DNA of 63,718 bases, filler included, from Collodictyon triciliatum (lineage: Eukaryota), in NCBI GenBank assembly GCA_043381765.1. It is 4 parts of 4 records of this genome, joined end to end, with 100 filler letters (N's around TTAATTAATTAA, not from the genome) between each part and the next. Parts side by side here need not be neighbours in the genome. Positions count along the whole stretch, not along the records: positions 42,776 to 62,562 come from JBHJMP010001280.1; positions 62,663 to 63,718 come from JBHJMP010001452.1; 2 more parts are not named here. One strand, 5' to 3'. Below are positions 55,568 to 63,718 of the stretch, in pieces (the stretch's first letter is position 1; the number at the start of each line of letters is the position of its first letter). A model generated the notes under the pieces. The model searched no databases. It was given only the letters and a program-made list of their open reading frames with translations, and was not told the DNA's origin. A program made the translations under genes and the position numbers.

Positions 55568-61877
<6,310 letters not shown>

Positions 61878-62377
61878 GCCTATGTTTCTTGTGCGGTGGG
61901 GTGTCTGGTTGCTATATACTGCTTCTTTTGAGTTGTTCTGTGAGTGAGTGTGTCTGTTGGTTGATCTCCTCTTGTCCCTTTGGACTTTGCTGCAAACTCG
62001 AGTGAAAGGAGGTAGGGAAAAAGGAGTCAGAGCCCGAGTAGTCAGTCTCGGCCGCCAAGAGCGCTGCTCTTTGCGCAAAGAAAAGTAACCGCCGCGATGT
62101 ATCGGGCCGTGATTTCGCTTGCACTCAAAACCCCTCCAAAGAAATGCCACTGCGCGTATGTGTGTATGCGTGCAAAGCGAAAACATGTTTGTCTGAGAAA
62201 CGGCACAGGAGATAAGGAGAGGAAAGAGAGAAGTTGGAGGCTTGCGGCAGCCAAACTACGGATCCTTGGCAAGAATCTCGTTGTCTTTCCTCATGTCGCT
62301 GGCCATAGTGTTTGCGGTCCATCATGGCCTTTTTTTTTCTTTGGCTGTGTAGAATGATCCTCTCTTTTTTTCCTCCC

Positions 62378-62562
62378 TCTCTTCTCTTCTCTTCTCTTCT
62401 CTTCTCTTCTCTTCTCTTCTCTTCTCTTCTCTTCTCTTCTCTTCTCTTCTCTTCTCTTCTCTTTTATTCTCTTTTATTCTCTTTTATTCTCTTTTATTCT
62501 CTTTTATTCTCTTTTATTCTCTTTTATTCTCTTTTATTCTCTTTTATTCTCTTTTATTCTCT
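62378..62562. repeat. (CTTCT)n/(CTTTTATTCT)n repeat at contig end
   Basis: Direct reading. Confidence 0.9.
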
Positions 62563-62662
62563 NNNNNNNNNNNNNNNNNNNNNNNNNNNNNNNNNNNNNN
62601 NNNNNNTTAATTAATTAANNNNNNNNNNNNNNNNNNNNNNNNNNNNNNNNNNNNNNNNNNNN
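62563..62662. other. Artificial contig linker N44-TTAATTAATTAA-N44
   Basis: Same construct, 12-mer at 62607-62618. Confidence 0.95.
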
Positions 62663-62919
62663 AATCTATGGGGAAAAAAAACTTTTAATAGACAATTAAT
62701 GGGGGCACTTTGTGTTGATCGACTTGATCAGCCAAGATAGGGAAGATAAGATATTATTCCATGTATTGTTTTTTTGTTGTAATTCCTCTCTTATACTCAC
62801 AATAAAAATCACATAAATATATGTTCAATATCTATTCCAAAATAACAAAAATATCAATACGGTGATTCTTAAAGGACATCAACAATTACTACAAAAATAC
62901 ATGATAAAATAAATAAAAT

Positions 62920-63128
62920 ATGATAATAATAATATAATATAATAATAATAATAATAAATAATTATAATTACTAATAAATATATAAATAAATAATAAAATA
63001 ATAATAAAATAATTATAAAATAATAATAATAATAATAATAATATATAATATAATAACTAATAAAATCATAACAATAAATAACCATAACAATCAACAATCA
63101 TATAACAATAATAACTAATAACATAACA

Positions 63129-63160
<32 letters not shown>

Positions 63161-63211
63161 GATAATATAATAATCATCCATAATAATAATAACAATAATA
63201 ATAATAATAAC

Positions 63212-63273
<62 letters not shown>

Positions 63274-63282
63274 TAACATTAA
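62920..63282. repeat. Degenerate (TAA)n low-complexity tract
   Basis: Direct reading. Confidence 0.9.
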
Positions 63283-63324
63283 TATGTGTCTCATAAATGA
63301 TTTGCAATGAGCAAGGCAGCCAAC

Positions 63325-63660
63325 CTGCGTTCCTCCCCATTCACAGGCCGACCGAACCAAGTCGTAGAAATCATAGTTTCCACGGGCACACCGGCACAAA
63401 AGCCCTGCAGCCAGCAAAACGGCAGCGTCTGTCCGGCTCACAATGACTTCCGAGTTTGTTTCGGCCGTCAGGAGAACACTATGCGGTGTCTTTGACACTT
63501 GGGCTGCGAGAGACTCAACAAACGGGAAAGTGTTTGTGAGATACAGCTCGCTCTCGTCCTTCGCCAAGCGGTGGGTGAGAATCTCCAAAACATAGTCTCG
63601 GACCTCTGTTGCGCGACCGTATTCTTCCGAGTTGTCGTGGGGAGTCGCTGTGTCGGCCAT
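63325..63660 (-). CDS. First exon of a gene, weakly resembling the helical domain of poly(ADP-ribose) glycohydrolase
   Basis: GC-rich ORF MADTATP..YLTNTFPFVESLAAQV..VIVSRTDAAVLLAAGLLC ending at CAG|GTTGG. The resemblance is recalled only, and no catalytic GGG-QEE motif is in view. Confidence 0.4.
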
Positions 63661-63718
63661 GTCTTTTGTCTTCTGTATATATGTTTATTTTATTGCCTCC
63701 TGCCTGATGCCTGCCAGC

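Overview
Eukaryotic, AT-rich, very intron-dense protist-type scaffold; the species cannot be named from the sequence alone. It is built from four blocks joined by artificial N44-TTAATTAATTAA-N44 linkers (22773, 42720, 62607), so adjacency across those points is not real evidence. Manual splicing gives these genes in order: PB1-like/WD40/multi-TM protein (+), double-domain transmembrane class III nucleotidyl cyclase with degenerate active sites (-), Ima1/TMEM201 homolog (-), decayed Fanzor RNA-guided nuclease with a hairpin-rich 3' flank (-), GT92-like glycosyltransferase (+), DHX35 (-), PP2A B56 (-), SEC23 (+), WDHD1/Ctf4 (+), SNRNP40 (-), PDI with ERp29-type D domain (+), SCAF4/8-like CID protein (+), copine-type C2-C2-ARM protein (-) and a possible PARG 5' exon (-). 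There are also many microsatellites. The most notable observations are the Fanzor remnant with a candidate omegaRNA, and three copies of a 17-29 nt poly(A)-tailed insert, each with its own target-site duplication, in introns of three different genes. Family assignments come from recalled motifs, not database searches.
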